The position numbers and the translations under genes are program-made. This document shows, piece after piece, positions 9,873 to 17,307 of a stretch of DNA of 26,246 nucleotides (the stretch's first letter is position 1; the number at the start of each line of letters is the position of its first letter). The notes beneath the pieces were generated by a model that searched no databases, had not been told where the DNA came from, and saw only the letters and a list, made by a program, of their open reading frames with translations. Source of the DNA: a virus (taxonomy: Duplodnaviria; Caudoviricetes); the IMG/VR virus record IMGVR_UViG_3300030059_001537, positions 1-26,246 of that record; one strand, given 5' to 3'.

Positions 9873-10796
9873 TTACTTTAGCCATTTATCTTTTCCTCTC
9901 ATACTCATTAAAAGTCTTCCAGGATGTATATTACTTAACCTTATTTTTGCATTTCTTAACAAAGAAGATTTGTCTTTTCTTGCTCTATTAACAATATACT
10001 CTTGTACTCCTAATTTACCATTTAATAATGAATATCTAATAAATGCATATATATAATCTTCAAATAACTTATTTACGCTTACATCAGCATCATTACCTGT
10101 TTCCATTCCATCTGAAACATATTCTAATACAGCTATTCTACTTGACATTGAAGAGTCAAAATTAATAACTCCAGCTTTTTTATTTATACTAAATGTAGGA
10201 TTTGCATTTGCAGTTTCTGTATTTAAACCAAATCTACTTCCAAGATTATAATCAAAATACCATCCACCATCTAAAAAATAACCTAATGAATTGTTATATG
10301 GACTATTTGCGTTTAAATAAATAGATTTTTTTTGTCCTCTTATTCTATCAAAATCAAGTGTAGAAAACTCTGGTTTTAAAACATTTCCGTTTTGATCAAA
10401 TAATATTTTATTGTTATTGTCTTGTAAATAAGCTGTTGCCCAATTAGTTTGAATATTTTCTGTCATAGGATATAGTATACCACCTTGATATAAAGACAGT
10501 CTAACCCAATTAACATAATCTTGCGGTAAAATAAATCTTAAATCTTGTCCAATTTCAAGTTCTAAAATTTTAATTTCTTTCATGGCATCATAATTTAATT
10601 CTTGAATACCACGTTTTGCATAAAACAAAACTTGATATCTATTTAAATTATTTAATAATTCATGATTACCTTGATACATAAGCATAAAATTATTTACAAT
10701 ATCTTTTAAATTTACATATTGATATGAACCCCAATTTGCATCTTCAGGATTTGCTCCATTATTTTCGTAATATTGATAATCTGTAATATATGCCAT
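9873..10796 (-). CDS. Tail ring/adaptor (tail tubular, P22 gp4-like) protein
   Basis: Helical N-terminus (LKDIVNNFM...AKRGIQELNYD), then LPQDYVNWVRL and LEYVSDG...FEDYIYAFI, typical of adaptor/ring folds. Sits immediately before the muzzle-like gene. Confidence 0.65.
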   Translation of the reverse strand: MAYITDYQYYENNGANPEDANWGSYQYVNLKDIVNNFMLMYQGNHELLNNLNRYQVLFYAKRGIQELNYDAMKEIKILELEIGQDLRFILPQDYVNWVRLSLYQGGILYPMTENIQTNWATAYLQDNNNKILFDQNGNVLKPEFSTLDFDRIRGQKKSIYLNANSPYNNSLGYFLDGGWYFDYNLGSRFGLNTETANANPTFSINKKAGVINFDSSMSSRIAVLEYVSDGMETGNDADVSVNKLFEDYIYAFIRYSLLNGKLGVQEYIVNRARKDKSSLLRNAKIRLSNIHPGRLLMSMRGKDKWLK

Positions 10797-10798
10797 AA

Positions 10799-11761
10799 TT
10801 AACTTGTTTGTTGATTTTCTTCAGCTATTTCTGTAGCACCAAATTTATACACATCTGCTTCTCTAATTTCTATTCCAACATATTGACAAATCTTTGCAAT
10901 AAGTCCTGGCTCATCTGATAAAGGCAATTCAAAATCTTGAAAACCAAGAGCTGCAGAAGGATTAAAAACTGGTTCTCCATTTGTCACTAAACTAAAAGTC
11001 CAATTAGGAACTAAAGGATAACGTATATATTGCGTTTTTATACTTGCTGATCCTACAATAGTTGAAGGATAAACAGTAATATTGTTGTTTCCTAAAACAT
11101 AAGCAGGAAATTGATTTGAAGGTGCTGTTAAAGGCGAACTTGTTAAATAAAACAATTTGTTTTGACTAACTCTTTCTACTTCAGATATATTAGTATTTGT
11201 ATATATAATATAACTATCATTTAAATTCATAATATCGTCACTTATAGATAGTGTTGTAGTGTTATCTATAGCTGTTACGTAACATTGCTCATTCGTAGTA
11301 GTGTTTACTATTATACTTCCAATTGGTGGCGTTGTAGGAGCTGTTAATACAGAAAATTGTGCTGCAGAATCTGTTAATTTAAATGCAGCTACAACTGTAT
11401 TTGTTCCTGTATCGATTGCATTTGGATAATAAAATACTTTATTGATTAAATAATAATCAAGAGGTAATGCATATATATTAGCAATACCAACTTGTGCTGC
11501 TGGTTGAGATAAAAAAGATTCTATAGAAAATGAATCTATTACTTCTTCTAAACTTTTTACAATGTTTGCATATCCTATACCAGAAGTTCTTTGATTTTCT
11601 TTTATGATCCAACTATTATATTGATAAAAATAATCTTCAAATAAATCCATTTGTGCTTGTTGAGCATATAGATTGAAATCTTGTGGAGTTATGTATCCGT
11701 AATTATTTTTATTAGCAATAGCTAAAACAGTTGTACGAACTACATTTATGTTTGCAGGCAT
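10799..11761 (-). CDS. Tail ring/adaptor protein carrying an inserted ~69-aa module (aa 119-187)
   Basis: VLAIANKNNYGYITPQDFNLYAQQAQMDLF...YALPLDYY...ITVYP...YIRYP...DFELP, a ring-protein pattern. Confidence 0.65.
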   Translation of the reverse strand: MPANINVVRTTVLAIANKNNYGYITPQDFNLYAQQAQMDLFEDYFYQYNSWIIKENQRTSGIGYANIVKSLEEVIDSFSIESFLSQPAAQVGIANIYALPLDYYLINKVFYYPNAIDTGTNTVVAAFKLTDSAAQFSVLTAPTTPPIGSIIVNTTTNEQCYVTAIDNTTTLSISDDIMNLNDSYIIYTNTNISEVERVSQNKLFYLTSSPLTAPSNQFPAYVLGNNNITVYPSTIVGSASIKTQYIRYPLVPNWTFSLVTNGEPVFNPSAALGFQDFELPLSDEPGLIAKICQYVGIEIREADVYKFGATEIAEENQQTS

Positions 11762-11779
11762 GACTTAAAAAATTTAAAA

Positions 11780-11787
11780 CAAAGATA
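11780..11787 (-). promoter_or_regulatory. Bacteroidota-type -7 promoter box TATCTTTG upstream of the tail ring genes
   Basis: Exact TATCTTTG 18 nt upstream of ATG 11761, directly after a terminator U-tract. Confidence 0.7.
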
Positions 11788-11789
11788 AG

Positions 11790-11823
11790 AAAAAAAAAAG
11801 GAGCTACTTTTTTTGTAGCTCCT
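11790..11823 (-). terminator. Rho-independent terminator
   Basis: 9-bp perfect stem AGGAGCTAC/GTAGCTCCT (11799-11807 / 11815-11823), 7-nt loop, then about 10 U on the minus strand. Confidence 0.85.
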
Positions 11824-11853
11824 GATTTAGTTAGTTAAATTATTAATTAAATA

Positions 11854-12675
11854 TTACTGAAATCTTAAAAAGAAATATTCTTTTCCACCAAGGTAAGTTG
11901 CATTTGTTGCACTTTTAGCATTAAGAAGACCAGGGAACTCATAAGTGTTTTCTGACCATTCAGTTTCTAAAGAAGCTTGAACTGCATCTTGAATTGCACC
12001 TCTCATATCTGCATTTGCTCCTACAGTATTAGAATAAGCGTAATCAATTTGACCTACGTTACTTCCTGCTGGATTATAAGTAATTTCTATTTCAGAAGAA
12101 GTAGTTGCATCATTTGACACATCTGCTATATCTGCTGATCTTATTAAATTATCAAAATCGTCAGGTTGTAAAGAAGAAATTAAATAATTATCACCAGCTA
12201 CAAATATATCAGATGATACACTTAATTGAGTTGATGAATCTATTGCTGTAATTTGTGCAGTTGCATCTCCAGTTATGTCATAAACATAATCTCCAACAGA
12301 TACGTTTTGATATTGAAAATTCTCTGAAGAATCAACAAGTTTATAAGCCGCTGTTCCATCAGCTGCTCCGTAAAGTCTTACAGTATATTCTGGCATATAA
12401 ATAAATACAGCTACTGCATCAGGTACTCCTGTACCTTGATCAGCAGTTGGCCCTATTGGCACTAAAGTTAATTCAGCATCTATTACAGCTGTTACAACAT
12501 ATTTTTGTCCTCCATTAGCTGCGCCAGTGGTTCTATCCCAAACTATTGCATTAACAAGAACTTTTTGTGTAAAATTTGCTCCTGCAGAAATTAATTTTGA
12601 AGAGGCAGTTCCTGAGGCAGTACTTGTTACGGTTTGAACTACATCAAGTTGTTTAAAGTTTATAAATTTTTCCAT
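11854..12675 (-). CDS. Paralog 3 of a small putative virion/decoration protein family, expanded by two inserted modules
   Basis: Likely start at ATG 12675 (MEKFINFK), matching paralog starts MEKYLSIP and MNKFLSIP. C-terminal MRGAIQDAVQASLETEWS matches LQLSVQLAVRDALASGWT. Confidence 0.65.
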   Translation of the reverse strand: MEKFINFKQLDVVQTVTSTASGTASSKLISAGANFTQKVLVNAIVWDRTTGAANGGQKYVVTAVIDAELTLVPIGPTADQGTGVPDAVAVFIYMPEYTVRLYGAADGTAAYKLVDSSENFQYQNVSVGDYVYDITGDATAQITAIDSSTQLSVSSDIFVAGDNYLISSLQPDDFDNLIRSADIADVSNDATTSSEIEITYNPAGSNVGQIDYAYSNTVGANADMRGAIQDAVQASLETEWSENTYEFPGLLNAKSATNATYLGGKEYFFLRFQ

Positions 12676-12690
12676 GTTTAATATCATTTT

Positions 12691-13008
12691 TTATGCTATC
12701 ACTATTGATGTTAGCGGATTAATAACTGGTTTTCCTGGTACTAAACCTTTTGGATCAAATGAATGACTAAGGTTTGTCCATCCTGATGCCAAGGCATCTC
12801 TTACTGCTAATTGAACAGATAATTGTAATTGTGGCGAAGCATATGCTGCTGGCCATGTTAAAGTAGCTGTTTTTCCACCTAAATAATTGATAGAAACAGT
12901 TGTAGTTGTAGGTTGCCCTACTTGTCTAATTCCTGCTATTGATATTAATTGATCTTGACTGTTTGCGCCATTTGCATCAATGACTGGTATGCTTAAATAT
13001 TTTTCCAT
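12691..13008 (-). CDS. Paralog 2, 105-aa putative virion/decoration protein
   Basis: MEKYLSIPV...QL...TTVSINYLGGKTATLT...ALASGWT aligns with the neighbouring 105-aa protein. Function unknown. Confidence 0.65.
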   Translation of the reverse strand: MEKYLSIPVIDANGANSQDQLISIAGIRQVGQPTTTTVSINYLGGKTATLTWPAAYASPQLQLSVQLAVRDALASGWTNLSHSFDPKGLVPGKPVINPLTSIVIA

Positions 13009-13031
13009 AATAATAAAGATTTAAAAGTTAG

Positions 13032-13349
13032 TTAATAAGTTGAAATTACTATATTACTTACAGCAAATTTTGGAGATGCTATTCGAACCACTTCTGTCCA
13101 ACCAGTACCTAACGAATCAATTAAGTTGGTTTGTAAAAATGATCTAAATTGTGTTCCTGAATTTGTTGCTGATGCTGCACCTACTGAGGCGTGAGTAATT
13201 TCAATTGCTTTTCCTGATGAATAAAACAATGTAGTAACAGTAGCGGCTGTTGCGCCAGATTTACTTCCTACATTAATAACTTTAACATCTGTCATTGGCA
13301 CTAACTGACTTCCTTCTCCAGTAACTGGAATGCTTAAAAATTTGTTCAT
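13032..13349 (-). CDS. Paralog 1, 105-aa putative virion/decoration protein
   Basis: MNKFLSIPV...QLV...VTTLFYSSGKAIEIT...SLGTGWT. First gene after a promoter box. Confidence 0.65.
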   Translation of the reverse strand: MNKFLSIPVTGEGSQLVPMTDVKVINVGSKSGATAATVTTLFYSSGKAIEITHASVGAASATNSGTQFRSFLQTNLIDSLGTGWTEVVRIASPKFAVSNIVISTY

Positions 13350-13381
13350 AATAATAATATAATTTATGAGTTAATAAAGTA

Positions 13382-13389
13382 CAAAGATA
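13382..13389 (-). promoter_or_regulatory. Bacteroidota-type -7 promoter box TATCTTTG
   Basis: Exact TATCTTTG 32 nt upstream of ATG 13349, directly after a terminator U-tract. Confidence 0.7.
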
Positions 13390-13391
13390 AC

Positions 13392-13421
13392 AAAAAAAAA
13401 GCTACCCTTTTAAGGTAGCTT
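13392..13421 (-). terminator. Rho-independent terminator
   Basis: Stem AAGCTACC/GGTAGCTT (13399-13406 / 13414-13421), 7-nt loop, then a U-tract (A run 13392-13400 on the + strand). Confidence 0.8.
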
Positions 13422-13446
13422 CTAAAACAGTTTTATTTTATTGATA

Positions 13447-14205
13447 CTATTTTTTGTCTTTATTTAATAAAGATTTAAGTAATTTAAGAGCTTCGACTCC
13501 ATCATCAGATTGGAAATGTGAAGCTACTATATATACAGGTTCTTCACCATAAGGAATAGTTAACATTTTTTCTTTATTTCTTTTTAAATTAAAATAAACA
13601 TCTTTGTTACCATTTCTTAAACTTAATAAATCTGCATCAAAAAATTGATATACTAAATCTTGTAATTCTAACATTGGGTCTCTTAAAACTCTCATAAATT
13701 CTTGAGGTTCATTTTTAGAGTAAATTAAAATATCTCTTTTTAATTCAGCTGAAGACATTCTGTCAACTTTTTGCCCCATTAATACTCTACATACAGTTAT
13801 AAGTTTATCTAAAGATAATGCTTTAGCTAAAATTTGTGCATCTAAAGCTTCTTCTACAAATTGCAATTCTGCTGCAGCATCCGCTTCATAATTAACTTCT
13901 GTAAAAAGCGTTCCATTCCCTGGATGAAAATGTAAAAACTTTTGAAGTATTTGATTTTGTTTAGTAACCGATAACATTCCGTCTTCAAAAACAATTGGTT
14001 CTAATATAGCATTACCATCTTGTTCATCCTCAAAAGGACTTTTTTGGTTTTTTGCATATCTTAAAGCTTTGTTTTCTCCAGTTGAATCGTCAAACCATAA
14101 AAGAGGTGAACGTAAAGAATGTCTGGATGATAGCATATAAGAAAGTGGAGATTTTCCATGTAATAACTTATACGTCTTGCTGGTATATTGTTGTACTTTT
14201 TTCAT
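13447..14205 (-). CDS. Conserved phage protein immediately downstream of MCP (function unknown)
   Basis: 252-aa intact ORF. LLWFD...ALRYAKNQKSPFEDEQDG...IVFEDGML...LQKFL..HP pattern recalled from post-MCP genes of related phages. Confidence 0.7.
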   Translation of the reverse strand: MKKVQQYTSKTYKLLHGKSPLSYMLSSRHSLRSPLLWFDDSTGENKALRYAKNQKSPFEDEQDGNAILEPIVFEDGMLSVTKQNQILQKFLHFHPGNGTLFTEVNYEADAAAELQFVEEALDAQILAKALSLDKLITVCRVLMGQKVDRMSSAELKRDILIYSKNEPQEFMRVLRDPMLELQDLVYQFFDADLLSLRNGNKDVYFNLKRNKEKMLTIPYGEEPVYIVASHFQSDDGVEALKLLKSLLNKDKK

Positions 14206-14230
14206 TATAATATAATTTAATTTGATTTAT

Positions 14231-14263
14231 AAAAAATAAAGAAGGGAGGAATTAACCTCCCCT
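14231..14263 (-). terminator. Rho-independent terminator after MCP
   Basis: Minus-strand RNA AGGGGAGG-UUAAUU-CCUCCCUU followed by CUUUAUUUUUU, about 25 nt after the MCP stop. Confidence 0.75.
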
Positions 14264-14288
14264 TTTTATCACTCTTTAATAATACTTC

Positions 14289-15740
14289 TTAGTTTTCGAA
14301 TAAGAAGAAGTTGTTTGCACCTAAAGTACATACAGCTCTCTCACTCAAGAAGTTTACTTCCATTGCATCAAGATCAGATGTTCTTGCACCACCAGCTGAA
14401 CCAGTAATCCAAGTTTTGTAACGTCTGTCTTCAGTTTCAGAAGCTCTGTATCTTACGTGTAAGAAAGGTCTCTTAGCGTTCTTACCTAAGATTTGATCAT
14501 ATACAGAAGTTGAGCCTGCTGGAACTAAAAGTCCATTAACTCCACCTGCATTAATACCACCTCTCATAGTAGGATCGTTTAGATATTTCCAATCAGACTT
14601 GTAAAAGTCATAACCTCTTCTAAATCCTGTAAATCCAAGATTTAAAGCCATGTCTTTATCATTGTCAAATAAACCATATGAAGTTCCACCTGCTCCGTAA
14701 GAGTTTTGTGCAGCTAACATATCATCTATATCAAATGAGAATTGTCTGTTTACAAATATTACATTTTCTTCAATTGCTCCTTGCTTGTCAAGTCTTTGGA
14801 TTACATCGTCAAATTGAGATAGTACTACTGGATTTCCTCCACCAAATACATTACCTCTTTGTTTAACAACGTAGAAAATTCCTTCAGAACCTGCATTCAC
14901 AATTCCTGCTCCACCTGCTGCTGAACTTAATGCAACTTCTGCACCAGAACCATTTGCTGCAGGAACAGCTTCAATCATAGATGTTTCCATGTAATCTTCA
15001 AAACGTAATCTTGTGTCATGCTCAGACTTTAAATACCATAAGTATCCAGTCGCACCATTTTCACTTTGTATTTCTACCCAACCAATTTGAGCCATGTCAG
15101 ATCCTGAGACAGAATATTTGTCTTTTAAGATAATTGGCTTGTTTGAGAAAAATAAATCGTCAGATTCTAATGAACCAACCATTCCTAAATCACCTTTCTT
15201 GAATTCTGATCCGTAAACGAACATAGTACAAGCTGTAGCATTAGGAATTAACTGAGTAGCTTCATAAAAAGCAACAGTAAATGTTACTGCACCTGCTGCT
15301 GGAGCAACTGTAACAACTGCTTTGTTGCTTAATGCTGAACCTGCAGTGTTATCTGAGAACATTAATGTTTGACCTACTCTAATTGCTGGAGTAGTTTGAT
15401 TAGCTACTAATGTAGGATCAAATACATCTGCAATAGTAACAACTGCTGTTAGAGCTACACCTGCACCTCCACCAACACCTGCTAACGTACAGTTAGTGTA
15501 TTTAGTGTGTAATCTACCTTGCTCTGCCCATTTGATCATGTCAGAGTTAGTAGGCATTTCTGCGCCAACCATTCTAAGGAATGATGCCACAGTTCTATTT
15601 CCATATCTCTCAAATTCCTTTTCATAAGTATCTGGTAGATACTGATTTAAGAAATCAAAGTTAGTTATGTAATTTGTTGATAAGACTTGTTGTTGCGCAC
15701 TTGGCTGCAACTGAAAGCCTGGGGATGGTAATACCGCCAT
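14289..15740 (-). CDS. Major capsid protein (HK97 fold, crAss-related type)
   Basis: 483 aa, follows portal and scaffold-like genes, followed by a terminator. Motifs IKWAEQGRLH, NKPIILKDKYSVSGSD, RLRFEDYME and GFRRGYDFYKSDWKYLND. Beta-rich insertion around aa 85-175. Confidence 0.85.
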   Translation of the reverse strand: MAVLPSPGFQLQPSAQQQVLSTNYITNFDFLNQYLPDTYEKEFERYGNRTVASFLRMVGAEMPTNSDMIKWAEQGRLHTKYTNCTLAGVGGGAGVALTAVVTIADVFDPTLVANQTTPAIRVGQTLMFSDNTAGSALSNKAVVTVAPAAGAVTFTVAFYEATQLIPNATACTMFVYGSEFKKGDLGMVGSLESDDLFFSNKPIILKDKYSVSGSDMAQIGWVEIQSENGATGYLWYLKSEHDTRLRFEDYMETSMIEAVPAANGSGAEVALSSAAGGAGIVNAGSEGIFYVVKQRGNVFGGGNPVVLSQFDDVIQRLDKQGAIEENVIFVNRQFSFDIDDMLAAQNSYGAGGTSYGLFDNDKDMALNLGFTGFRRGYDFYKSDWKYLNDPTMRGGINAGGVNGLLVPAGSTSVYDQILGKNAKRPFLHVRYRASETEDRRYKTWITGSAGGARTSDLDAMEVNFLSERAVCTLGANNFFLFEN

Positions 15741-15759
15741 AATTTTTAAATTTTTTTAG

Positions 15760-16890
15760 TTAAACTTGTTTAATACTTCTAATTTTTAGTCCACGTCCAC
15801 TGCTCTTGTCTCCTACTGATCTAATTTTTAATCCGTCTTTGCTGAAAGATGTATTCGATGGTCTAACATCCATATCGATGTTTTTAGACTTTTTGGCTAC
15901 ATTATCAACTGCCGAAGTAACTCCTTGATCATAAAAAAACTGCGCAAATTTGTCAGGATTAAGTGCCATAGATAATGATCTATGATACCCTTTAGCATCC
16001 TTCATTAATCCAGTATCTTTATCCATATATTTATTTATAAAATTTAGGATATCAGACTGAACATTTTTTAACTCATTCGCATCTCCAGGTTTAAAAGTTA
16101 AATCTTTTTCTCCTACATTGAACTCAAAACCTTTAAATTCATTGCCAAAAACCTCATTAGTTTTTTCAAGAAAAAATTTATGTTTTTTTTCTGTTGATGT
16201 TTGAATAGCATCTGTTTCGCTTTTATAACTTTTATAAGCATTAAGATTTTTTTCTTGTTCTTCAGATAATCCATCCCCACTTGACTCAAGAGGAATTTTA
16301 TACTTATCTTTTTGTTCATTTAAAAACTTCTTTGCTTTTGCAAGTTCTCTTTTTTTGGATAATTTAATTTTCTTAATTTGTTTAGAATCATCTAAGTCTT
16401 CATCATATGAAAACTTTTCATCCATTAAATCTTGAATATCTATAGCATCTAAACCTTCTTCGGTAGTGCCATAATAATTAGCCAATAATTGATCGTCTTC
16501 CATTAGATCGTAATCCTTTTGCAGGTTTACAAAATCTTCTATTCCTCGACCTGTTTCTTTTTTATATTTAAAATAAGCCGAAACATCTTCTGGTAAATCG
16601 CTATTGTCTTTGGTTTGCGCAAACAATTCATCTACAGAAGATATTTCCTTGTCATATCTATTTTTAATATAAGAAAGAACATCTTCGTCATTTAACTCTG
16701 ACGAGGGAGCTTTTTCTTCTTCTACAATTATTTCTTCTACTTTCGTTTCAGGTTCAATTGTAGATACTATTTCTGTTTCGTTTTGAGGTGAATCTTGAAA
16801 CCCTTCCTCATGTTTTTTTAAAAGAGATGCTTCAATTTCTTGTGCTGATTTCTCTTCTACTAATTTTACTTCTTTTACTTTTAATTCCAT
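15760..16890 (-). CDS. Putative capsid scaffolding/assembly protein
   Basis: 376 aa, very acidic and helical with a basic C-terminal tail, directly upstream of MCP. Confidence 0.65.
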   Translation of the reverse strand: MELKVKEVKLVEEKSAQEIEASLLKKHEEGFQDSPQNETEIVSTIEPETKVEEIIVEEEKAPSSELNDEDVLSYIKNRYDKEISSVDELFAQTKDNSDLPEDVSAYFKYKKETGRGIEDFVNLQKDYDLMEDDQLLANYYGTTEEGLDAIDIQDLMDEKFSYDEDLDDSKQIKKIKLSKKRELAKAKKFLNEQKDKYKIPLESSGDGLSEEQEKNLNAYKSYKSETDAIQTSTEKKHKFFLEKTNEVFGNEFKGFEFNVGEKDLTFKPGDANELKNVQSDILNFINKYMDKDTGLMKDAKGYHRSLSMALNPDKFAQFFYDQGVTSAVDNVAKKSKNIDMDVRPSNTSFSKDGLKIRSVGDKSSGRGLKIRSIKQV

Positions 16891-16902
16891 TTGATTTAAT
16901 TT

Positions 16903-16923
16903 TTGTAAAGTTAATACTTATTT
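16903..16923 (-). promoter_or_regulatory. 21-bp promoter-like element AAATAAGTATTAACTTTACAA
   Basis: Intergenic, 12 nt upstream of the scaffold ATG. 19/21 identical to 19784-19804. Core TAACTTTA is a one-mismatch TAnnTTTG. Confidence 0.6.
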
Positions 16924-16949
16924 ATTTAAATTATTGACGTGTTTTATAA

Positions 16950-17306
16950 TTAAGATCGTTCTGATTTTTTCTTTTTTCTATAAGCTTTCATAGCCTCTCT
17001 TCTTTCTGCGCCTTTTTTCCAAGAACCAGCTGCAAATTTTTCAGCTCTTCGTTTACTTTTAAACTCATACAGTTCGCCTGCCGCTAAGGCCTGGTTAAAA
17101 GTTTGTTTCTTTTCTTCTTCTTGACCTTTAAAAGTAATTGCAGGAGCAGCATAATGTCTTGTCTTTTTTTTATTTACTTTCCCTCCCTTTTCTCTTTTAG
17201 ACTCATTAGGATAAAACGCCATTCTTACAGTAGCATCTTTTCCAGACTTATTTCGCTCAAGATTTCTTAAATTTTTCTTTCTATTTTTTTTTATTGGGTC
17301 TGACAT
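16950..17306 (-). CDS. Small highly basic protein (about 30% K+R), putative nucleic-acid-binding
   Basis: ATG 17306 lies 1 nt after the portal stop, a better start than the track's 17321. 118 aa, MSDPIKKNRKKNLRNLERNK...RKKKKSERS. Confidence 0.65.
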   Translation of the reverse strand: MSDPIKKNRKKNLRNLERNKSGKDATVRMAFYPNESKREKGGKVNKKKTRHYAAPAITFKGQEEEKKQTFNQALAAGELYEFKSKRRAEKFAAGSWKKGAERREAMKAYRKKKKSERS

Positions 17307-17307
17307 A

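Noticed and set aside
9004-16319. Minus-strand alternate-frame ORFs 9004-9228 and 16113-16319
   Set aside because: Nested out of frame within larger genes, with L/I/K/M-rich composition typical of off-frame AT-rich sequence.
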